In this document: piece after piece, positions 1 to 11,600 of the stretch | Position numbering within the stretch: position 1 is the stretch's first letter | Layout: the number at the start of each line of letters is the position of its first letter | Source: Chara braunii | Lineage: Eukaryota; Plantae; Charophyceae | Assembly: GCA_003427395.1 (NCBI GenBank) | Contig: BFEA01000034.1 | Coordinates: 1,574,997 to 1,638,996 of the forward strand | Direction: 5' to 3' | DNA: 64,000 nt | Program-made: the position numbers and the translations under genes | Notes under the pieces: model-generated | Seen by the model: the letters and a program-made list of their open reading frames with translations, nothing else | Databases searched by the model: none | What the model was told of the DNA's origin: nothing

Positions 1-3000
1 TCTAACTCCCTAACTAACAAAAATTTGGACAGCACTCCCTTAAGAAAATCAGACTTTCCAGATTTATACAAAGTCAGATATGAAGTTTAGACAAGCTGAA
101 CTTTGAAAAACCAAAATTTGATTAACTCCTTGAATTTGTAGAAATTTCGGCAGCGCTTCCCGTAGAGAAAGTAGCTTACCCAAATTTATACAAGGCCAAG
201 TATAATAAAGGATCCCAGAAAATGCAGAAATCGACCTAAGTAAAAATAAACTTAGCCCAAAAAATGCAGGAATTGAAACTAACTCCTATGGCTCTAGCAC
301 GTAGCGAGCGACTAAAGCAACTACCTATCAAAGTGAAACTTAGACTAAGTAACCATCTCACTCAGCCACAAGCAAGGCGAAACCACGAAGGTAAGTACTC
401 TCACCAACCCCAAGTTAAAATCCGGGCAAAAAATAGTTCATGTCTTCTCAATAAATTACCCATTTGTACCCAACTTATATAAGGCATAAAGTTTGGTCAT
501 CCAATCTTATGGAACATGCCTGACTCAGCCATTGAGTATACACGAAGAGGTTGCACAACTACTTCTCTCTTCCTTTGGGCACATGACTAAGTCATTCATC
601 TTAGAAACAATGCTTAGTCACCCTGAATTGTTTAATACCCAAATCGTATATAGTTCTTTTAACTTAGTGTTCAAAAGTTGAGGGTAGGATTGAGCCATTC
701 ATCTTAGAAACAAAGCTCAACCTGCCCAAATTTACATTCAATTATACTCTTAATTGTATTTTCTTCAAGTTTATAATAAACTATAGTCAGACCACCCAAT
801 ATGGACCCTATCTGACCAGTCTGTTCTCAAATAAAATAGTAATAAGATATAGCCAAATTATAACCTTTTGGGTTCCAGCATGTGCGAGGTGTTGGGCTAG
901 ACCATCCAATCTTATGGAACGTGTCTTGTCCGTTGCCAAATTCATTTCTCTCTGATCCATCTGTGTGCGGCATTGGTCCAAAGCCATCCAATCTTATGAA
1001 ACATGCTTTGTCCCCTCAACAGAAATTACCCCCTCAGAATAAAACAACCAAAAGAGTTGAGCCATTCATCTTAGAAACAAAGCTCAACCCCCTTTTCTAA
1101 GCACCAAAAGCAGAGTACTCTGAGTTAGACCAAGAGAATGTTCAAAAACCACCCAAAAATAAACAGCGACCAGACCATCCAATCTTATGAACAATATCTG
1201 GTCCTCAAATTTGCACAACCAAACCCCACAAAAAAAACAGCCAGGCCATTCATCTTAGAAACAAACCCTGGTCAAATTAAGCAAACACGACGACCAAGCC
1301 ATTCATCTTAGAAACAAAGCTTGACCTTTTAAAAAAACAGAATAAACACAGCAGTCAGGCCATCCAAACTTATGGAACCATACCTGATTCTAAAAGACCC
1401 TTCCAACTTCAAGTAAAACCACCTTTCTCTTAGCCTTCCCCCTGACGCAATCCCTTGTAACAATCTCCTTTCAGGCAGTCAAAAAACTGAAACTGCCATT
1501 ACACACGCATTCCTTTACTTAGTCTGGTTTGTGTCCTGACAGTCAAAACAAAGTCAAGTAGGGATGCATACAGCATACTCAGCCAAACATTGAAAGATGT
1601 ACAGATACGGGTTATAATCTGGGCTTATAGAGGGAAATGAAATGGCTACCTTTCAGTTCCCTGCCTCCAGAACTCCTCCTGAGTTCCGGCAGGGCTCCCG
1701 CAATCGGTGGGATGACTCCCCACAGAGTCTAGCTGCGGTCCTACGGGTTGCAATCCTGCCTGCCGCTTTCCTCTAAGGTCAGGACTAGACTTAGATTTCA
1801 AAAGACAGGAAGAGGAAGTTTGAGTTGCTCAGATACAAGAAGGGTGCACTCAGACTCGCGTGAGAGGGTCTTGGTTCCTTGATGTGCCTGAGGGCCCCGC
1901 AATGGGGGCCAAGTAACAAACGCTTCGTCAACCATAAGTCAAACTACCGAACTCAACCCACCTTACGAATCCCCAATTCACAGCAATAACCCTTTTTTTT
2001 GAAAGCTGACTCCTTTTTAATCTCCAAGGCCACGACGCCATCTCTCCTAATCGGACTCTCGTTAAGCGGCCTTGTGGGACATCGCTCATATAGAGTTCAC
2101 CCCTGTTGAGCTGCCAGCAAAAAAAAACCGCGACACCTTCAATCAAAGTTGCCCGCCTGTTCTTAGCAGCAACGTACAGTGATTAATCGCAGCCCTCCGC
2201 CCCGCAGGCCCTTGCACGAGCAAAACCAATCATACTAGTCGCAACATTCGTCGCACCGGCCAAGACAGTAGGCTTTCGGACTGAAACACCAGCAGCATGA
2301 CTTGTTGCAGTCTCCCTCGCGTCGAGTCCTTCCTTTATCACATCAGACCAACCACTCCATGTACTAAAGGATGACCAAACATCATGGAATCAGGAAGGAG
2401 TTCCCCATCTTTCAATCCTTGTTATGTTTGGCGCCATTAGATTTGGAATCATCGTGTGGCGTACATCTAGAATCCATCTCTGGCACTTTACGGGTGTCTT
2501 GGCCAACTCACCCACCAAAATTTTGTGGCTGCAGTGGCTCCCCGCGGCCACTTCCTACGTACTTCTCTCCCCATTCCCTCTTGTCTACCCCTCAACTCCC
2601 AAGTCTCCTTCTTCTGTCTTTTGAGAGACCACGACTCCAATGAGCCAAAACAACAGCCCACATGAAGGTTATGATCCCCCTCGCAGAGACGAGCACTACC
2701 ATGACGAAGGCAACCCGGTTAACGAGCGGCTTGCACACTATGAAAAAAATGAAGATACACCCGAAACTGGTCGTGCACCGCAGACCGGGGCAAGCCTAAT
2801 GCTCTCATCAATAGGTACTGGCACAACGCGTCAGCGACTATGTAAGTTGGGGGTAGATTCATCGCCCTGTTCCTCTTATCATTGTTCGTACTTAGCCTTT
2901 CCGAACCCGGTCGAAATCTCGGCCAGATACTTATAAAGTTTGGAGTGTTCGCTGTTGGACTAAGTGCTACCGCTCAGACGAACACCGGAGTTGCTGCGAA

Positions 3001-5589
3001 TAACTCCACCACGAAGAGAATCCGAACCATCTTGCACACCAAGTCAAGGATAGCGATCGAGCGAACCCTGCCGTGGAACATGGAAATATACATCCCTTTC
3101 CATCTTGGCGTTCCCGCATGAATCCATCGAACAACAGGTAAGTCTCCAATCCCATTGTTCCCCCCCCCCCCTTGTCAGCCTGTTTCTGTCGCTCGCCATG
3201 GCGAACCGCACCAGTCACAACTTCGAGGTAAGCTTCTCCTTCTCCCTGTCAATTTTCCCTCCTGCGCAACCCCTTTTCTTCTAATCCTCTTCGAACGTAC
3301 CTGGCACGAGTTTGCGTCCAGATCCGCTACTCCCTATCCAATCCTACCCTCTCTTTCTTTCTCTGATTCGCCCCCACACCTACCTCGATGTCATACCTGG
3401 CCTAACGCACATGGAAAAAAGAAAAGAAAAAAAAGGAAAAAATGCATAAAAACAAATAGAAATGAATCTTCCGCCAGAAGATGGGATGATTCAGTGTTAT
3501 TTCCGCAGTCACTGCCGCTTCGCGCTCGACCCACTTTACACCGTGCAACTCTTTCTTACTAACCTTCTCATTACTAACTTTCCTACTAACCTGTCTTTAG
3601 TTTCGGGGTCGCCCACCCCGAAAACTCTCGAAACTAATCTTACATCGCCAAAAACAACCAAGATTTGGCCAAGTTATGGCAAACTTTATTCTCCACCTCC
3701 CTCATTCTCCTCTATTTCAGCGCACGACTTTTCTTGCTAACTTCTCTTCCACTAATTTTTCATTAAAACTAACCTCGAATCTGAATTCGCGCACCCTCAA
3801 AACCTATATTTCGAACGTTTACTCGCTGGATTCCATTCGGAAACGAGCGAGATATTTGTTTCCTCCTTTTCGTTTTCGTCACTCCCACTATAGTCCGCGC
3901 ACGGTCTCTTCCCTCTAATTCTTACTATACTAACTTGTTTGTTATTCTGAGCCCGCCATCGTGGTCGCCCTATGCCAAAACGTTACACACGACTCTTTCC
4001 CCGCCCGTTTTCATCAAGGATCGGACGGGTCTCACGTTTTACACCCCCTTTCCCCTTTTGCCATAACCCGTCTCCTTCGTCCTCACCTCCGGACGCACCC
4101 GGACGCGATTCCGGTTCAGGTTCATTCACTTCTCGGTTCGCCATGCCCCGCCTGCTACGCTCCTCCTTCTAGCTCTTCACGGTCCCTCGCCCGCAGTGCT
4201 CCTCTCTGCCCTGCCTGCATATTGCGCAGAAGGGCGACTAGATTCCTCCCTCCTTTATTGCTTGCCTTGCCTCAGCTACCTCCTTCACCACGCCCTCCTT
4301 CACTTAGCCCAACCCGATGACTCGCGACCCATCCCACAAGCGCACCACACCGACCAGCGCTCCCCGGTTACAGCACCTCGACTGTTTTCTGAGACAACTT
4401 CGAGGAAACCGGCTGCTGGCCGGTTCAACTAGCCTTCCGCCGCCTATACCCGACTTCGACAGATGGCGTGCCTCGCAGTTTGCGTTACTGCTCCGTTGCA
4501 ACCTATCTCTGGGCTGCCTTACTCAGGCTAAGTCCGCCAACACCCTGGGCCCCCGACGACCACCCACACATAGACAGTTGTCACGGAGTCGAGGGTGCGG
4601 GCCTACTACGGGCTCGTGGTATGACCCCTACCGGAGCGGGTCCCAATGCGGGCCTTAGCGGTCGTAGCGAATATTCAAATGATGACCTTGAAGGCCGAAG
4701 TGGAGATGGTTCCATATGGCTGCCTGTGGCACCCTACCCGCTGCCTCTGCCACTGTCCCCTGGTTGCCCCGTCCAAGCGAGGCTCGCTATCTTCGAGCCC
4801 TAGCGGGTATGCTCACACCCAAGTCCCTTGTGGCGACTAAACCTGGCGTCACGTCCAGATCAAAAAGGGACGCCGGACCGTAAAAAAAATAGTACTACAA
4901 AAACAATAAAATATTTAGAAACTTTGACCGAGCGAAGGCGATGGACGAGGGGAAAAAATGAAAACGCTAGCATCGTTCTAGCGCTGCCGATCGCAAAGCG
5001 AAAGGGAATAGGCCTGCCAGGCTCTTCGCGCCACTCTGATATTCCCGTGTCCCCGCCGCTCGACCTCGATCCCTGAATCTCCTTGACGAAAGTCTGATAC
5101 TGTAACCAATAGCGCTAGGCCCAAGGCTGGGTCTAGCACTAGCGGACGCCTAAATACGGACACCGCGAGACGCGCCAATCTACCGAAACGTCTTACCCCC
5201 GCACCTCGGCCTGTCGGTCGAACTGTCGACCGCCAACCTCCGCGCCCACCGCGCGATTATACCGGACCATGCCGCCGTCGACGTCGTCCTCCGTATGCAT
5301 GCGCAAGTCATAGGTAAATGCACCAATCAAAAACACAGCCTTTTTTAATCTTAGTTGAATCAGAAAATCTCTGGACGATGATCACACCGACTCCTCAATC
5401 ATCAACAATTAAAAAGATCACGCGCGCCTCAAGCCTGCGCGCCCACACACTCTTTATTCTAGTCAACCATCGGTCGTATAAACAACTGAGACTGCCGCGA
5501 CTCGCGCGGTATACTTAAACTTTCAAACTTATTTTCTGTCACTTGCAAAAACCAGGGCGGATACCCTTATAAGGATATTCGCGCCGGCA
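1..5589 (-). mobile_element. Long Gypsy LTR, copy A (runs off the left edge; its 5' end is at 5589)
   Basis: 1-1900 is colinear with ~48390-50350 and reverse-complementary to ~17420-19445. The terminus ...GATACCCTTATAAGGATATTCGCGCCGGCA (5589) matches the copy C terminus ...GATACCCTTGTAAGGGTATTCGCGCTGACA (53984). Orientation is taken from the PBS after copy B. Confidence 0.85.
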
Positions 5590-8500
5590 CCGTTTTTTTG
5601 GTTGAGCCTCAAGTGGCTGCCTACCACTCCAGGCCAGCTATAAAAGCAGGGTTGTACAATAGCATCCTCACTCAGTTGAGGTGCCGCCCACATTCTGACT
5701 GAATGTGGAATGGAGAGCAGCATTATGCTGTTGGAGTGCTGAGAAGCAGCGAGTGAGAGAAGGAGTGGAGTGAAGGTCTGCAATGAGAGAGGAAAGGAGG
5801 TGCTGCCATTCGTGGCGGGTATTTGACAAGCGGTGCAGGGGAAACTTTGTCCGTTTTACACGGCGGCAGCTGGTCTTCGGCAAGTGGTGTCGGGGAGGCT
5901 GTGCCCATTTTGCGCGGCAACGACAGTCCTTTTGTTGACGTATTGCAGGAGCGTTGCGGAAATTTTTGGCGGCACCTGTAATTCTTTGGCAGCAATGGTG
6001 AAAGCGCTGCCGAATTTCAGCGGCGACCACACTGGTTTTAACGGTAGTGGAGCGGAAGAGCTGCCAAAATTTTTGCAGCGGCGCTATTGATTTAATGGCA
6101 GTGGTGGGGAAGTGCTACCATTTTTTTGGCACGGTGGCAGCAACATTTTGGTGGAATCGTGCTGCCAAGATTGGCGGTGGTGTCGATGTTATATTTTTTT
6201 ATACTGGCAGCACGTCGGCAACACCATTGTGAGGGAAGATTGATGCGGGTTTTGCGTCAGTGGAGACAATTTTTGTGTGTGATCTGACGCTGGTGTTGCG
6301 AAGCAGCCATGGTACCGGGTTGACGGCGTAGCAAGCAGTGGTCTGCCGTTATTTTTTTGGTGCGCGACGGTTATGGTGAATTTCAGTGTGGCCTAGAGGT
6401 TGGGCTAACGCTGATGCACGATTGGGATTGTACGGTAGTGGTGCGTGGGCCGGTGACATGAGGAGGATGCAGAGTGAGTGCTCGCGACAGTGACTATTGG
6501 ATTTGCAGCGCTTGCGGTTTGCGCTAGAACGACATCCTTATTTTTGGGGGGGGCTAGCGGCACATGCAGTTTCAACCAGGGCCACCTTTATTTTTTTTGG
6601 CGGTGCGCAGCACAAGCGGGATTTGAGAGTGACACCATCCAGTGCTGTGGCGGTAACGTGGGACCATCTGGGACCATTTTGGGACCAGGTGGGACTGATT
6701 TTGAAGATCGGAACCGACATATTGTGGTGGCTATTGTGAGTGTACGTGGTACCTGGAGAAGGTGTGAATTGCGATTGGTTGAGAATATCCTTGGTGAGGG
6801 AAGTACAGTTGAGACTGTTGGGACCACATGGGACTCACTGTTGGGAACACCCTCCTGGAGAGTTATCTCACTTGAGTCTTTCAGTGGAGGTGACTTTCGC
6901 TCATACGAGCACTTGGAGGGTGAGGTGGCCGTCGTTCAGTGGAACGACCACGAGTTGTGAAGTTGTGCGCTGAATATTTTCAGCCTCAACAACGATCGTT
7001 TTCTCAACTTTGATTGAAATATTTCTTGGTTTTCTTGAGTGAGTCGTCTTCAACTTCACTCAAGGTCAGTTAGTTGAATGACTCTGATTTCCCTTCACAC
7101 CTGTGTGAACCCGCACTTTGTTTGACCTTGTCGTTTTGAATGTTCAAAAGAAAAGGCAGAGGAAAGTTGTGTGAGTCATGCATGTGAATGGAAAAGTCTG
7201 ACTTGAATATGGGATTGTACTGTTTTCTTTTGTCCTTCTTTTCTTTGCATGTTGCAAGGGTCGTTCTTTCTCTATCTTTCACCTGCCTGCATGATTAAGT
7301 ACTTGAATTTTGGAATGAATAATTTCAACGGGTACTTGAAATAAAACTTGTGAATAAAATGAGGATGCGATCAATTGGACTTAGTTTTCCCAACATTGAC
7401 GCATTCTATGCCAAATGATTTTATCTACTTGTACCTGTCAAAATAATTCTCATTCTCTATCTCATTCGGTTTCTTTTCGTGTAAGTTACCCTGAACTGAG
7501 GACAAATGAGAGTAGTTGAAGGTACCTTGCAGTGAACACATTCTTTTTCTCTGGGAAGCATCCAAGGCGGGGGTTCGTATGCTTTCGGAGCCGGCCCTGT
7601 TATCGACTTGGAGTGGACCCGATTCGTCGGGGGTGGTACTTTGCCGATTCGGTGGTGACGGCCCAACCTCTGAGATCTACGTCTTCGGGCTCAGGTGAAG
7701 GGAAGGAGTATCCATAGACCACTTCCTAGAGGAGAGGCATGCAACACTTCAAGCCATGTACCTGATTGAGAATCATCCGCGAAGCAACCTGTCATCCAGG
7801 AAGATTGAGAATATACGGAGACAGGCGTATGCATGTTTAATCATAGGTCGGCGTTAGCTGGAATGAATAACTTTGGCAGCGCGTCTCATCATGTCAAAAC
7901 TAAGGCAGTTCGACCACCTGGTCGGCTGTGTCAAAGTTATTATCGATAGTCAACTTCTCGTTGGAGATTGTATGATTGTTTTTGTGGAATTCGACCCGGG
8001 GTGGTCGAATTGTTTTTGATATCGTGTTGCTGGACGTACCATATGATGATTCTGATTCTTTCAGTCATCATTTCAGATTGGGCATGTTCCTGTCGACTAC
8101 GGTCGACTCTCTTTTGGTGAAATTATGTGTGTTTGTTATAATTTTCTTTTAATTGTGTGTTTAAGGGACTATGATTAATTTTATGGTTTCACGCTTGGTT
8201 GAGACCGTCCTAGTCGATCGGCGTCCGCTTCGTACTTAGGATATCAGCGCCCTAAGGAATGAACGACGTTCGGGTCCACTTGGCGTTAACCAACGCATCT
8301 ATACTACGGCGAACGAGCAAACGCCCTCGGCTGACCTACCTCGACAATTGCATCTAAAAGCTTTCACACGTGGGTCGGTAGCTCGGTAGGGATACGCCCC
8401 TAAGGGTGGTGACAGCCCCTTAGGGAAGGTAGCTTATGCCCCGTGGGAACCTATCCTGTCGTAGGGGACCGCGGGATGTATTGCTGGCAAACCCGGCCAG

Positions 8501-8656
8501 AGCGGCGAAGGAGCGATGCAACTGCGTCCGTCTCCGCGGTTCACGGGATGCTTAACTTCGTTGCCGAGTTGTCTCTCGATCTTGATTTTTTTGTTTTACT
8601 CCTGCGTGACATGGTCGGGATGGTCCTCGTTCGTGCGAGGGCCGATGCACTCGACA
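5590..8656 (+). mobile_element. LTR of a related Gypsy subfamily (3' part), interrupted on the left by LTR copy A and itself inserted in a LINE
   Basis: ~8310-8470 is homologous to ~21030-21195 (AAACGCCCTCGGCTG...GGGATACGCCC...CCTATCCTGTCGTAGGGG). It ends GATGCACTCGACA, like the main family's GATGCGCTCGACA. TATAAAA at 5639-5645. The left boundary is inferred. Confidence 0.65.
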
Positions 8657-11600
8657 ACGTATCTTTAGAACCTACCTCAGCACCCGTTTATTCAACAACA
8701 ACAAGGAGGGTTCATCGATCAGCTCCTAGGCGCAAGCCCGTCACTCGCCAATCTGCACGCATTTACGCCATGACCATATAGTCAACTTGGCGTTCCTCGG
8801 GCTCAGGTTCCAGAAGGAGGGGGTGTTTCTTCGATCCTGGCAGGTCTTCAACCTCAGGGAGGAAGCCGAATTAGGGGAGAATCGCCTGGAAAGCAACGAT
8901 GAGTTAGTGATGATGACGGAATAGAAATTTGAGTAGATGGTGTACATGCAAAACAGTCATGAAGCTCCAACGAGGGTTCCCTCCGCTCTGTCTTAAGAAT
9001 GCCCACCGGATTTGCAGGTCAGCGCAAACAATCTCGTCCACGCATGGAAGCTCTTTCAAAAGGGCAGCCCAACTTAGACACAAAATTTCTGCCCATTGTG
9101 TGCACGATGGCTAGGGAGTCGTGTTGGGTTATCGCCTAGGTAGGGATAGATGGTCACCTTGTCTTTTTCAACCTCCCATGCCCAAAATCTCCTATGCCGC
9201 ACGCTTCTGAATTTCTGGCTCGTAATTTATTTCATCATCGCTTCCACCTTCGAATCATTGTTGAAGTGTCCATGCCCTGTTTTATTATAGATATTGTTGG
9301 CAGTCGAGTAAAATTATTTGCTCCTCTGTTCGACGCTCGATTCCTTCCAGGGCAATTGGATGAACTCGAGAGAGAGGGATTGAGATTGATCCCGATAGCG
9401 TGGTTCTTAGAAGAGAGGAAAACTTACCTTCAACGTATCATAATATCCTTCACTCAAACGACGAAATTGTTGTCTGAGCTGAATTCGAAGCTTGGAGAGG
9501 ATAAAAAATTGGATTCAGTTTTTTTTTGGGAATGCCTTGTCGGAGCCCTGGCCGCAACAGTCTAACACACCCATGATCCAACAGTCGGGTGTCCCGGGTG
9601 ATGGGCAAAATTAAAATCGCCACATGGAATATCCGTGGACTGGGAGATGCTAACGGCTGGAACAAAGAGGGTAGGTTAAAGAGTTTGGTTCATGATAAAA
9701 AAACCGATATTATTTGTTTACAGGAAACCAAACTGTCGGAGAATAAGATTTTAGATCTGGGAAACTGGTGGGATGGACCGCAAATTTTGTCTCCAGCAAG
9801 AGGGTCCAAAGGTGGAGTATCTATCTTAATCCACCGCAACATAAATGTTGAAATTATAGATTTTTGTGTGGATCTATGGGGTAGATGGTAGTGGGTCAAG
9901 CTATGGATGGACGGGAGAGAATGGGTTATTGTCATAGTTTATGCTCCTAATAACAGTCCCGAAAGGGAATCCTTCTTCTCTGATCTTCCCCTGTTTTTCC
10001 CTGAGTGCGATAACACGATTATGACAGGGGATTGAAATGTCTCATTGGGCAAGGATGAGGGAATTAGAGGAGGTAGGGACATGAGAGTATTGACTAGCCT
10101 CATGACAGACCTTGACCTCATTGAACCGTTTGTTTTCTTCATCCAGACAACCCTGGATTCACTTGGACTTCGAACATACGGGAAGGCCGAGGTTCCACTC
10201 AACGGAGGTTAGATTTTTTCTTATTGTCTCCGCCTGTATGGAATGCCACAATAGACATCACCGGAACATCGAACCCGATCTCAGATCATAAACCAGTAGT
10301 AATCACCCTCAGTGCGCTCAATTTAGATAGAGGTCAAAGATACTTCCAAGTTAACACCCAAATGCTAAAGGACCCCGATGTGGTTGATTAGATCACATAT
10401 TCTGAACAGATTAGAAAAAGAACAGAGATCTGTTCGATTCCACTGAGTCTTGGTGGGAGTCTGACTCCCGTATTTTCTCCAAGCACCTTAGTATTTTTTC
10501 TCACATCCTAGAAGCTGGAAGAAACCAACGTGAGGAGTCAATAACAATCAGAGATTTGGGTGGAGAGATTAAAAATTAAGGGGATTGTTGTCTATGATCG
10601 TATGACCAAAGATTCCTTCCGAAAACTCTCTTGCCGAAGAGGCTAACTCAGCTGATGGGCGAACTGTCTCACCCGTCTGACCATGATTGACCGGTAGCAC
10701 GAGATCAGACAATACTGTGTAATTATGCAACTTTATACTAGTAGGATATCCTTACAACAAGGTGACCAAATGAGGACATCACAAAGGATGTCTCTGAGGG
10801 CTCTACCCACTGGTCTGCCTATAATGCTAGACTATCTACATCAGGTAGTCTAGATATGGATTGCCCTATAACCACCGAGGAAGCTTGGGAAGCCCTCTGA
10901 TTAATGGCACACAGTAAAGCGTCGAGGGACAATGGTATTCCAGTAGAGGTCTATTTGACTATTTGGGAAGACGTGAAGGATGAATTGATGGACATCTATA
11001 ACCAAACGCTAGTAGGGGGCCAACCTTTGAAAGGTATGCGGATCTCACTATTATATAAGAAGGGAGACATGTCTGAGATCAGAAACTGACGTCCTATCTC
11101 TGTGTTAAACATCTCCTACAAACTACTAGCAAAAGTACTGGTCAGACGTTTGGGTCGCTACCTCCCCACCTTGGTAGACAAAGACCAAGCGGCCTTTGTC
11201 AGAGGCCGCTCGATCTTTGATAATATCGTGACTGCTATCGAGGCGTTGGAAATTGTGGAATCCACTAAAGCCGATACTGCAATCTTAATGTTAGATTTAG
11301 AAAAAACCTATGATAGGGTAAACTGGACTAATGTCCTAACCACCCTGAGGCATGTAGGCTTTGGTGATAACTTATGCAAGTGGGTGGTAACTCTGTACTC
11401 AAAGTCAACCGTTGTTGTAATGGTTAATGGTTATAGGTCCGATTCCTTCCCCCTCACTCGCTCCCTACGACAGGGTTGTTCGTTGGCCCCCCTGTTGTTT
11501 GTTCTTCAGATGGAAAATCTTATGTGCAACATCAGAGCACAACCTCAAATTATTGGCCTGAATATCGGCACCACTCAGTGTAAGGTTAAGGCCTTGGCCG

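Noticed and set aside
264-482. Conserved small antisense ORF (MQELKLTP...) with GTAAGT donor in all three LTRs
   Set aside because: Donor phase differs between copies A and C, and copy B has a 20-bp frameshifting duplication. The similarity only reflects LTR homology.
490-1390. CRISPR interpretation of the LTR motif array
   Set aside because: Spacing is irregular, spacers are homologous between LTR copies, and each motif is closed by its own stem. It is a hairpin array.
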